From Eledone cirrhosa (Eukaryota), in NCBI GenBank assembly GCA_964016885.1, contig OZ024765.1:10292001-10356000 (forward strand): DNA of 64,000 nt, given 5' to 3'. Made by a program: the position numbers and the translations under genes. Below are positions 52,255-64,000 of this stretch, in pieces (within the stretch, counting starts at the first letter, position 1; every line of letters begins with the position of its first letter). Under the pieces are notes generated by a model that did no database searches, was not told where the DNA came from, and was given only the letters and a program-made list of their open reading frames with translations.

Positions 52255-52955
52255 TGCATCTCATAGGAAGCTTCTTGGTTGTTTTAATGATAGGAGGCCC
52301 TGCCCTATCATGAAGTTATTACAGCTCACACCTATGTAGATTTAGCTGGCCTTTTACAAAGTTACAATTTACAAATTTTCTCTAATGCTTTAATGATAGG
52401 GGCTCCAGTCATATGTTGTTGTAAGAGCTCAAATTTATGTAGGCTTAGCTGGCCTTCTAAGGTTTTCTCAGATGTTTTAATGAGAGGCCCCAGCTCACAT
52501 ATATGCAGATTTAGCTGGCCTCATATGAGCTTGTATCTCATAGGTTTCAAAGGTGTTTTAATAACTTACATCTATAGAGGTCTGTCTGACCTCCTTACGA
52601 GCTTGTATCTCACAGGTTTCAAAGGTGTTTTAATAGCTCACATCTATAGAGATCTGTCTGACCTCCTACGAGCTTGTATCTCCTAGGTTTCAAAGGTGTT
52701 TTAATGACAGAGGCCCAGTGTTATAGCTCACACCTATACAAATTTATCTGACCTCCTACGAGCTTGTATCTCACAATGTTTTAATGAGGCACTAATTTAT
52801 GGTGTTACAGCTCACACCTATTCTTGGGTGTATTAATGACAAGGTGATCCCAGTCCTCATGAAAAGCAACATAAAATGAAGACAAATTGCCATCCAATCT
52901 GGGAATAGAAACCAAGACTTTATGGTTGCAAGTCAAACACCCTAGCCACTGTTCA
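52255..52955 (-). mobile_element. SINE-like element with internally tandemised segment (related copies 5630-5836, 25860-25930, 46260-46700, 55590-55865)
   Basis: Repeated ggtgttttaatgatagg..cagctcacacctat..agatttagctggcct..ttgtatctcatagg units followed by an inverted CORE/tRNA-like head. Confidence 0.65.
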
Positions 52956-53282
52956 CTTCAGTAAAGTTGACCAGCTTAACATAGATAGCAGCAATAATCA
53001 TAGTAGTAGTAGTAGTAATAATTTAGAAGTGAAATTCCTTTATAGGATATGTACTAATGGCCCACCATCCCACAACCACATCACACTGCCGAAATACAAC
53101 TTTCTAGACCTACTTTAAATGATGGAGGCAAAAAAAAAAGACACTTTTTGTTGAAAATTTCAAAATAAATAAATAAATAAATAAAACGTAAAGTTTAAAA
53201 TTTAAAAAAAAAAAAAAAAAGAAAAAAAAAAAGGTTTTTTTAAATCAGGCACAAAAATTCAAAGTTTCAAATATCCACAATA

Positions 53283-53288
53283 TTTATT
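53283..53288 (-). promoter_or_regulatory. Candidate proximal polyadenylation signal (AATAAA) of the DBHS gene
   Basis: tttatt on + strand ~640 nt after the stop codon, followed on the minus strand by long U-rich runs (53200-53232). AATAAA is common by chance in this composition. Confidence 0.3.
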
Positions 53289-53865
53289 TAAGACGGTTAA
53301 GTCGAAATGAAATATGACAAAATCAAAAAGTCATGATGATGATGAAATCCTTATTTTAAGACTATGGAAGGAAGGAAGGAAGGAAAAGAAGAGGAATGGA
53401 GTAAAAAAAAAATAAAAAAATTTAAAAAAAAAACTAAAATTATAAGAACCAGTGAAAAAACACTGGCAAGAAGAAGAGCACAAAGATGGTAGATATAACA
53501 CCAACAAGTAAATAGTTATTGTTCACTAATGTCCACTACATCATATATGATATTTTTGAAGTTCTCCAGGAAAAAAGAATAAGAATACTTCATAATTACA
53601 TTTACAGTAAAATGTTGTTTAAAGATTTTTGAATGATTTGCTGTCAAAATAAATGTCAATGACATGGGTGTAAAGTTTTGGGTGGTGGTGGTGTTGGTGG
53701 TTGTTGTTATTATTATTTTTGTAGGTTGTAGTGGTTATATGTATGTTTACTGTCTTTAAATTTTTTTTTTGAGAGGGGGTCTTTTCTTCTCAGTTTTTTT
53801 TTTTTTTTTAAATATATACATATATATATATATTTTTATATATATATATATATATATATAATTCT

Positions 53866-53908
<43 letters not shown>

Positions 53909-53920
53909 GATTAAAATTAA

Positions 53921-54361
53921 TTAATATCGCCGCATTCGTTTCATTTCGGCATAGTCTTCTCTGTTGGCGTTCTCTCTGCGTCTGTCCATCATATTACCTC
54001 TGTCGGCACTGTTTCCACTTCCGCTACTTCCTCCGCCACCGCCAGCTCCGCTACTGCCACCTCCTGGGCCGCCTCCACCTCCTCCACTGCCGCCGCCTCC
54101 GCCACCGCCGCTTCCTCCGCCACCGCCTCCTCCTCCACCTCTCATGCTACTGTTGCCAGCCCCAGGCATGTTCCCTCCCATGTTGGAATTGAACAAGCTG
54201 GGCGGACCGTTAGGCCCGCCACCCATCTGACCACTAGCGATAGGTGGGCCACCGCCGCCACCACCCATAGCACTGGCGGCACTGCTGCCCATTCCGGCGG
54301 ACCCGTAATTGTCAGTACCTCCAAAGTTGTTATCCCCAGGTTGATCGTAGCGAGACTGACG
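53921..54361 (-). CDS. nonA: Terminal coding exon (146 aa + TAA) of the DBHS-family protein: poly-Gly low-complexity tail and C-terminal NLS
   Basis: gcccttttgacttaaacag|CGT CAG TCT CGC TAC GAT CAA gives RQSRYDQPGDNNFGGTDNYGSAG, in frame with ORF 53921..54292 and ending DRRRENANREDYAEMKRMRRY*. The ending matches the DBHS C-terminal NLS (human NONO/PSPC1 end PNKRRRY). Identity is from motif recall; the RRM/NOPS domains are outside the window. Confidence 0.85.
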   Translation of the reverse strand, partial: RQSRYDQPGDNNFGGTDNYGSAGMGSSAASAMGGGGGGPPIASGQMGGGPNGPPSLFNSNMGGNMPGAGNSSMRGGGGGGGGGSGGGGGGGSGGGGGGPGGGSSGAGGGGGSSGSGNSADRGNMMDRRRENANREDYAEMKRMRRY

Positions 54362-54412
54362 CTGTTTAAGTCAAAAGGGCAGATCATCAGAATGTGAGAA
54401 GTAAGATCAAGG

Positions 54413-54444
<32 letters not shown>

Positions 54445-56461
54445 CTAGATATATAATACATTCTGTATATATACATATATACACATACATATATAAATAT
54501 ATATATATAAATATAAATATATATAAATATATATATAAATATATATATAAATATATAAATATAAATATATGTATAAATATATATATAAATATATAAATAT
54601 ATGTATACTATATTGCATAATACATATGAATATATGTACATTATATATAAATACATATATATCTACATATACACAAATCTATATATATATATGTATAACA
54701 AGATAAAGAAGGTAAATAGCATTATATAGGAAGGACGCATGAAAATCAACATCAACGAAGTAGCCCGAATGGCTACCCACAAGTCTTAGGGGTTAATGTA
54801 ATGACACCTGAAAGAGAAACTGCATTAATATATAAGTTTTACGTTGGCTTAAGTAATGTAGAATTAAATTCACAGAACCACCATTCTCGGAACAGTCTAA
54901 GCTATAGCGTCCTCCCTTTTTAAAATCTAGAACAGTGGTTCTTAAAGACCCTGGTAACATTCCTCCCCTTACGCTCCCTCGATTTTTCAATTGCCATTTA
55001 ATTATTCAAATTCATTAAACCAAATTACCTTTAAAAAAATTTTTGTAAGCTATTCATGATAGTTGGCCAATATTCCATTTGATAGTGTACTTTGTACACT
55101 AGTCTTTCCCAGCTTGGATTCAAGCTCCCTAACTACTAGTCTTTCCCAGCTTGGATTCAAGATCCGTAATTAACAGTCCTTTCCTAGGAGCCAAGTACTT
55201 TTTGTTTGAGAATCACTGGGTTGGCCTTTCAATAATGTTTGACTTAAATCAAACTTTTTACTTGGTGCGTTCAGAGAGGCGAATAATGCCCAGTCTTTCA
55301 AAAGTTCCTCCTAAACTGATTTGCTTATTCCATTCCTGCCTTATTCCCTCCTAAATCAGTTGATTGTGATGTTGTATTTTTAAACTGTTGTCTATTCACA
55401 AAACATACATTCTCTTCTAAATAACTAATTGTAATCAGTAAAATAATGATACAAGCCTGAGTAGTTTACTTACCAATTTAAGTAAACATATGTTATCATT
55501 ATAAAAAAATCCTTTAACGGCCACATGTTATATGACCTGTGATACTTTAGATGAGCCCCGTTTTATTTTGTTTTTTTTTTATGATGATATCACACCTATG
55601 GAGATTCAGCTGGCCTCTTTCAACGTTATATCACATTGGAAGTTTCTCAGGTGTTTTAATGATAGTCTTATACTGTTGTTATAGTTCACACGTATCCAGG
55701 GCTTATTTGGCCTCCTTACAACCTTTTCACCCATAGGTTTCTTGGGTGTTTTAATGATAGGGACCCCAGTCCTACCATGGAACAAAGTGCCTTACTATGC
55801 ACACAACACCTGATTCAGGAATCAAATCCATAACCTTGTGATTGCATGTCCTATACCCTAACCACAGATGGAGGAATGCTTTCAAACCTTATTTCACAAC
55901 TGCTACTAAAAAGGGATTTGAAGTCAATATCAATTGATTTCAAAGGATCAATATTGATTTCATTATGAGCAAGCAACTTTGTAGCCTTACTTTAAAAAGT
56001 CTCCCAAAAATGTGGCATAACTTAAGTCATAAATGGGTAACCTCTTTCACTTGTAAGGTTGTCATATTCCTGCAGAAAAGGGGCTCTCACCTAACAAGAC
56101 CCTAATTAATTGGTCAGCAGAGATTACTTAAGCAGGAAATAAACGAAATTAAAAATGTTACTTTCAATAATATAAAACTGCTAATAATAACAAAATAATA
56201 ATGTAGATATTGTTTAGCCCTAGGTCAGCCATAATAAGAAAGCAGACCTATTCCAGCCACAACTATCCTGTTTTCTGTAGGTTGGGTAAGTGCACTCAGG
56301 TTCTATCAGAACCAAAGTATGCTAGAACAGAATTTTGGCTGTTTCTAGCATTCTGAGAGCAGCAACTGCATAAAGGCACCTCTGTTGAGTGATTGCACAG
56401 TGCTCAAAATAGTTGCGTTTGCACATAACCCCTGGAAACTAAATCTGGTGTGTGTGTGTGC

Positions 56462-56550
<89 letters not shown>

Positions 56551-57677
56551 GTATCAATACAAGAAGTAATAAAACACTGTTAATCACTTGAATCAAAAAA
56601 TGTTTATAATTCAGAATCTAGCAGGGATTATTGTTAACTCTTACCAGCCTGTATTTCTTTAGAAGAAAATATCTAAAAACGAGTTTATTTCATATATACT
56701 ATAGTAAATTTACCAATGAACTGATAATTGTAAAAATTTGCAACTTTAGAGTGAAGACTAATTTTTTAATATGATAGTCATAGTGCTGCTTTGTACTTTT
56801 CAAGAATGTCTTGCTAATGTGGTTTGTAAATTCAAATGTTTATAGTAATTTACTATTGGATAGAAAATTATGAAAATCTGCAGTATTCAAGACTAATTTT
56901 TAATACGATATGGTCAGAGTGCTTTGTACTTTTCAAGGATGTCTTGATAAAGTAGTTTTGTGTAATACAACAGGACGTTAAGAGTAAAACAACAATTTCT
57001 ATATTTTATATTGAAGCAATAAACAGTGCTTTATTGCCTTTTAAAATTATTTTTTAATACTAAATATATTATTCTGTACACTAGTAAAGACATATATACC
57101 TACATATATATTTTATATACATACTTGTCCTAAACATCACCTTGGTATTTAAAAATGTATTGATCTAATGTATATTTGATTTTTAAATAGCTAGGTGACA
57201 TTAGCATACACTGTATACAAATATATATACAAAACCCCCAGCTAAATTATAATTTTAGGTAAAAGTGTTATTTTCAAATTCATAGTCAAATAAACAGAAT
57301 TAGGGGGGGAAAGAAAAAAAAGAATTATATTCCTAATTTGGTCATTACAAATGACAGCTGCTTATAAACGAATGGCAGCAAAGGTATATATACCAACAGA
57401 CAAATTTATCAGTGAAAAATGTTAAACTAACATCAAATATTAGATTTCTAGTCACTAAAAGGATTACCGGTGATAAAGGAAGGGTTAAAATAAGCAATAT
57501 TTTTTTCATTTTCTGTTAAGAAACATCAATATGGGAAATAAAACAGGAAAAAAAATGTCCTTAAATAAATGAATTGAGAATCTGACATTCAAATGAGAAC
57601 ACAATTACTAAAAATTGTAACAGCTTGTTATAAGAAACACTAAGTAAACAGACAGCTACTACAGTGTGAGTGTGTTT

Positions 57678-59370
<1,693 letters not shown>

Positions 59371-61904
59371 CACTTATGTAAGCATAATGTCAGGCATATG
59401 CGAGTAAAAGAGATAGTTAATTTAACATTCATTGAAGGCATTTTTAAGCATTTTTCAAGATGACTAATGATCTGGAGAGACATGTCAATACACAATGTGA
59501 ATTGTCCTAATTCTGTCGTGCATTTAACTAAGAGGCATTTGTGTAGCAGTAAATCGCCAGGGCTAAGACACCATCTTTGCTCTGCAGTTTAAGTAATGAT
59601 CAACTTCTACGGCATTATATATATATATAGCACTTGAAAACATGAACACCTGTTTTCCAACAGAAATCTAGAATACAATAGTTACATAGCAATAGCATTA
59701 AATTAGCGCTGATTCAGAAGAAAGGTGTGTGTGTGTTGCTTTCTGTAATATTCTTGTATAAGTGAGCTCTGGAATTTTTTTTTTTTTTTTCAAAGCCTAC
59801 TTCCATTGAGCTTTTTTGAGAACAACGAAAGCGAGACGCTTTTATTTCGACTTAAAGAATATATATATATATATTATTTTTTTTATTTTTGTAGGTAATG
59901 TCATATTCAAAGCAATACTAAATATGTGTTTATTATATATATATACACTGTTACATTCATGGGTAAGCATCGAATATGTAGGTGAGTTCCATGGACACAA
60001 ATTGTTGATGCACTTCAAAATTTCAGGTATATAAATATATTGGAAAAAGAAAAATATAATTTCAGTAAAGGCCATAATATTCTGCTCAGTTCTGTGTAAT
60101 GAGGACAGAATTTGGTGGCTACCCGGTAGAGCCACAACCACATAGGGGTTTACAACAACGAAAGACCTTCACTTTTAAACTCTGTAATAACATATATCAG
60201 GAGTGGCGAAAATTCTTTGAGAGCATGTGCCCGCTTTGGTAATATTTATTTTTAATTTCACTCCATTTGCCCATGGAAGCAGCAGTTTATTATCATTATA
60301 TTTGTATTTTATAGAGAGAACACAAAAATGTTTAAAAACAGTCAATACCAGTAATTAGGGATTGAGACAATCTGTATATTGTCAACTTGATTGTTTAGAG
60401 CCTTTGATGGCAGTATCAATGACAGGTAGTACTAGTAAATAGATCATAGTAATAGACATATTACATATCACCTTGACTAGTCTTTGATGACAAGTAATAC
60501 CAGTACACTAACATATCTAATTAATACATATATCCATTACTACTTTTACACTTGTTACTAAGGACTATTTTTCAATACCAAACTGTCCCAAAGTTCTAAT
60601 ATACAAAAATTTATTTGAAACACTATATTTGTCTAAAAACCTCCCATCATAATTTTATATAAGCACTTTCATATTACAAACACCATCTTAGTAAAACCCA
60701 AAAATTATTCAATAATTTCAAATTATATAAAAATCAAAGGCCTTTGTTTATATTTATGTAAAAACCTCCCATGATAATTTTATGTAAGAACCCCTAAGTT
60801 ATGTTCTAAACATCAGCTTAAAAATGATAAAGTTAGTTATATTATTAGCTCTGATCAATCGACAAGATCCCAGACCTCATTTGCTTGCCAAGTGGAGTGG
60901 ACCTCGTCAAATCACCAAGAAAACAATGTTTCCATTGGTCTTTCCATTGTTGATACTATCTACTAGTCACAACTCCTGCTAAAAAGAGCAACATGAAATA
61001 AAATGTCATGCCCAAGGACAACGCATCAACTCGCAACCTCTAACCACTAAGCCACATGCCTTCACTTATATTAATCTTTCCAAATTCTTGATATTTTTAA
61101 AAACTCACAGGCAGTGTCTGTCACATCCATTCCAGCTAAGGACATTTTTAAAAAAAATAATAAATTAAAAATAAATCACTAACAAAATGTGTAACTACCA
61201 CATGCGAATTAAAGTTTTAATCTTTTTATGTACCAGCTTGGGTGCACATGTCAAAGGTTTGTTGTCACTCTTGGAATATGTCATCACAGAGACAGTTTTA
61301 CATGATTCTAAGAATTCTTAACCCATTTGATGCCAACCTAGTCAAAACCAACCCTGGTTCTATGGAACAAAAACCACCCATTTTAGTTACAATTTGAATA
61401 AAAAAAACTACCAACATATGTTATATTACCATCTTAGCAATGAAATAACTCCTTCAAAATTCTTAATTAATTGAAATAGAATATTTTTATCATTCAGTGA
61501 TGAAAGGGTTAAAACTATATATAATACAAGAGAGACCTATCTGTATATGATAGAATATCACTTACAAAATCAGTCATGTTAACACCAATTGTCTTTACAG
61601 AAAGAAAAATGCCCAGCTCAATATAATATTTCACTGAAGTTTTTTTTTTTTTGGAGGGGTTTTCCCCCCTACTACAATCGGTATATAGAAACACAAGTGG
61701 AGAAATTGGAATATATTTACATGTTGAAATATGAAGATAGTTGTTTTAATTAATGTAATGGGTTTGTTTCATTCAATAGATGTATATAGTCAGATCAGAG
61801 GATACTAAGAAAATAAGGGATTTACTTATATAACTGTAATATATTTGGTCTAGAACCAGTATTGTAAACCATGTAGAGTATGTATGTATACATATATAAC
61901 ATCA

Positions 61905-62222
61905 TAATACATATATATATAATATATACATATATAATATATTATAATATACATATATAATATATTATAATATATTATAATATACATAATATATTATAAT
62001 ATACATAATATATTATAATATACATAATATATTATAAGATACATAATATATTATAATATACATAATATATTATAATATACATATATAATCAATATATATA
62101 ATATACATATATATAATATATTATAATATATATATATATATATAATATATTATAATATATATATATATAATATAACATAATATATATAATATTAAAATAT
62201 ATATATTTATATACACATATTA
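61905..62222. repeat. AT-rich minisatellite (tattataatatacataata, ~19 bp) grading into (TA)n
   Basis: Directly visible. Confidence 0.9.
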
Positions 62223-62649
62223 TAAAGTCTATCTGTCACCACACTAAAAAAACCAATATGTCGAGTGAAGCCAGAATTGAACACGATTCTCCAGGCAAAT
62301 TATATTTCAAAATATAATGCAACAGATTATATATGTTCTAAGTTGACATTTTTAAATGTCAAAATGCAATGAGCCTAGTTGCAAAAATCCAAAAATATAT
62401 TTTTTAAAAAAAAAGAAACCACTAAATTTCCTTTATAAGTTCGACATTTCAGATTTCGTCATCAAGTTTGACAAGTCAAAAGCTATTTTAAAGTAAATTT
62501 CTTTATATAAAATAAATGTTCTTTTAAACAAAGAGGAAGCCCTAGAGAATTATATAATTATATATATATTTTGTGGAAAAGATTCTCGAGTCATTTTTCG
62601 CAATATTATAATAAAAAGTTATCAATTATCAGGAAACGATGCTCAAATG

Positions 62650-62688
<39 letters not shown>

Positions 62689-62985
62689 TATATACATATT
62701 TACATATATATATATATAAAAAAATTTTTTTTAGTATTTCAGCTAGAAAAGTTTTGGAGTTCTCCAACTAATTATGGGGTCGAGGAGGGGGTGAAATTGT
62801 AATTGTGTAAATATGTTTACACAGAATAATAAGACCAAAGAAAATAACGACCAACTCTAAAGTAAAGAAAAATACAGCTTCGATTAATTAGATAATTACC
62901 AAGGTATTTCAACCCACATTTGGGGGAAGAAATTTTTTTTTTTAATTTATAGCAATCAGCGACTAGAAATAAAATGTCAACTTAC

Positions 62986-63018
62986 CATTCTGTTGGGGAC
63001 AGCTTGGTTCATTTTAAC
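62986..63018 (-). CDS. nonA: 33-nt coding microexon (VKMNQAVPNRM) of the DBHS-family gene
   Basis: tttaaacttttaattcttttag|GTT AAA ATG AAC CAA GCT GTC CCC AAC AGA ATG|gtaagt. Strong pyrimidine tract, consensus donor, phase 0-0, open and in frame with both neighbours. Too short for the ORF track. Confidence 0.8.
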
Positions 63019-63834
63019 CTAAAAGAATTAAAAGTTTAAAAACTAAGAAACTGGAAACATGAAAGACTTTACAGATTAGAGACGATTCTTCAGCCTTGCC
63101 AAGAAAATATAGCCTCTAGTACTGGTGCCACAATAAATCACACCCAATACACTTTGTATAGTGGTGGTGCTGGTGTCACAATAAATGCACCAAGTGCACT
63201 GTAGATTAAGAGGTCGGCATTGGGAAAAGCAACCTGACATAGAAACCCTGTCAAATATGGAATACACAAGCCTGGTTTGCATCTCTGACCTATCTGCCAG
63301 ACTGCAACAAGAGCATCCAGCCATAGAAACCCTGCCAAATACACAACACACTAGCCTGATGCGTATATCTGACTGGTCCAGTCACGGACAGTGATAACCC
63401 GTCCATCCGAATGCCAGCATGAAAAGACAACATGCTTCTGACAATGAGAAAAAAAAAACAAAAAAAAAAAACAAAAAAAATCATGATCACTGTTGAAAGT
63501 CCATTTTTTCCATGGTAACATGGGTAAGATGAGTTCTTTTGAGACATGCCAGATGAGATGACAGTGTCTTGCTCATACAGGACTGATTTTGGCTTGGTTT
63601 CTACAGCTGGATGCCATCCTAACATCCACCACACAATGTGTACTGGGTGCCTTTTGTCATGACAGCTACATGACCACCTTACAGTGTGGACAGAGTGCTT
63701 TTTGTCATGATACTGACACAAGCACAACTACTTTACAGAGTGGACTAGGCGCTAGGGTATAGGAGGTGAATGGAAATTGGAGAGGTAGATCTCGGGTAGG
63801 GTAAAAAGAAAAAAATAATTGATTCAGTACTTAC

Positions 63835-63990
63835 CATAGAATTTGCAGTCATTCCACCACCTGCAGGCCCACCACCCATATTGGAATTGCTAGTATTTCC
63901 ACTGCCTCCAGGTCCACCACCCATGTTCTGGCCTCCCATCGGTCCCTGATTGCTGTAGTTGTAACCGCCACTCATACTTCCACCGGTCAT
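63835..63990 (-). CDS. nonA: Internal coding exon (52 aa, Gly/Met/Asn-rich) of a DBHS-family RNA-binding protein (NONO/SFPQ/PSPC1/nonA/hrp65-like)
   Basis: Minus strand reads aattttctag|ATG ACC GGT...AAT TCT ATG|gtaagta: canonical acceptor and donor, 156 nt, phase 0-0, GC-rich against an AT-rich background. Peptide MTGGSMSGGYNYSNQGPMGGQNMGGGPGG...ANSM. Family assignment rests on the terminal exon. Confidence 0.85.
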
Positions 63991-64000
63991 CTAGAAAATT

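Noticed and set aside
53964-54230. Plus-strand poly-proline ORF, and the minus-strand ORF 54142-54387
   Set aside because: Antisense shadow and alternative frame of the Gly-rich DBHS exon; splice signals support only the minus frame ending KRMRRY.
62438-62470. Minus-strand TTGATGA..GAAATGTC hammerhead-like string
   Set aside because: No stem I or stem II pairing, and two core deviations.
63745-63834. C-terminal part of ORF 63745-63990 (VSTESIIFFFLP...)
   Set aside because: Read-through past the GTAAGTA donor at 63834 into intron. The ORF's first ATG is an internal exon start, not an initiator.

Overview
Eukaryotic, very AT-rich genomic DNA packed with (TA)n/(CA)n microsatellites, tRNA-derived SINEs (MetaSINE-type and CORE-type), TTAA-flanked MITEs and decayed RTE-LINE and mariner fragments. 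The repeat repertoire looks like an octopus (cephalopod) genome; this is inference from repeat recognition, not a search. The only convincing protein-coding sequence is the 3' end of a minus-strand gene in three phase-0 exons (63835-63990, a 33-nt microexon at 62986-63018, and 53921-54361). They encode 209 aa of Gly/Met/Asn-rich low-complexity tail ending EDYAEMKRMRRY*, typical of the DBHS family (NONO/SFPQ/PSPC1, nonA/hrp65); the RRM/NOPS exons lie beyond the right edge. Three themes deserve follow-up. (1) A series of minus-strand splice acceptors and donors fronting unique islands in the last intron and up to ~48 kb downstream, i.e. candidate alternative last exons or poison exons that would remove the NLS, plus one candidate recursive splice site. 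(2) Many long fold-backs, several carrying Penelope-type minimal hammerhead-ribozyme motifs, the most complete at 49145-49196 on the gene's sense strand. (3) Satellites repeatedly born from SINE sub-segments. Almost all ORFs in the supplied track are artefacts of simple repeats. All alignments and coordinates were done by eye.
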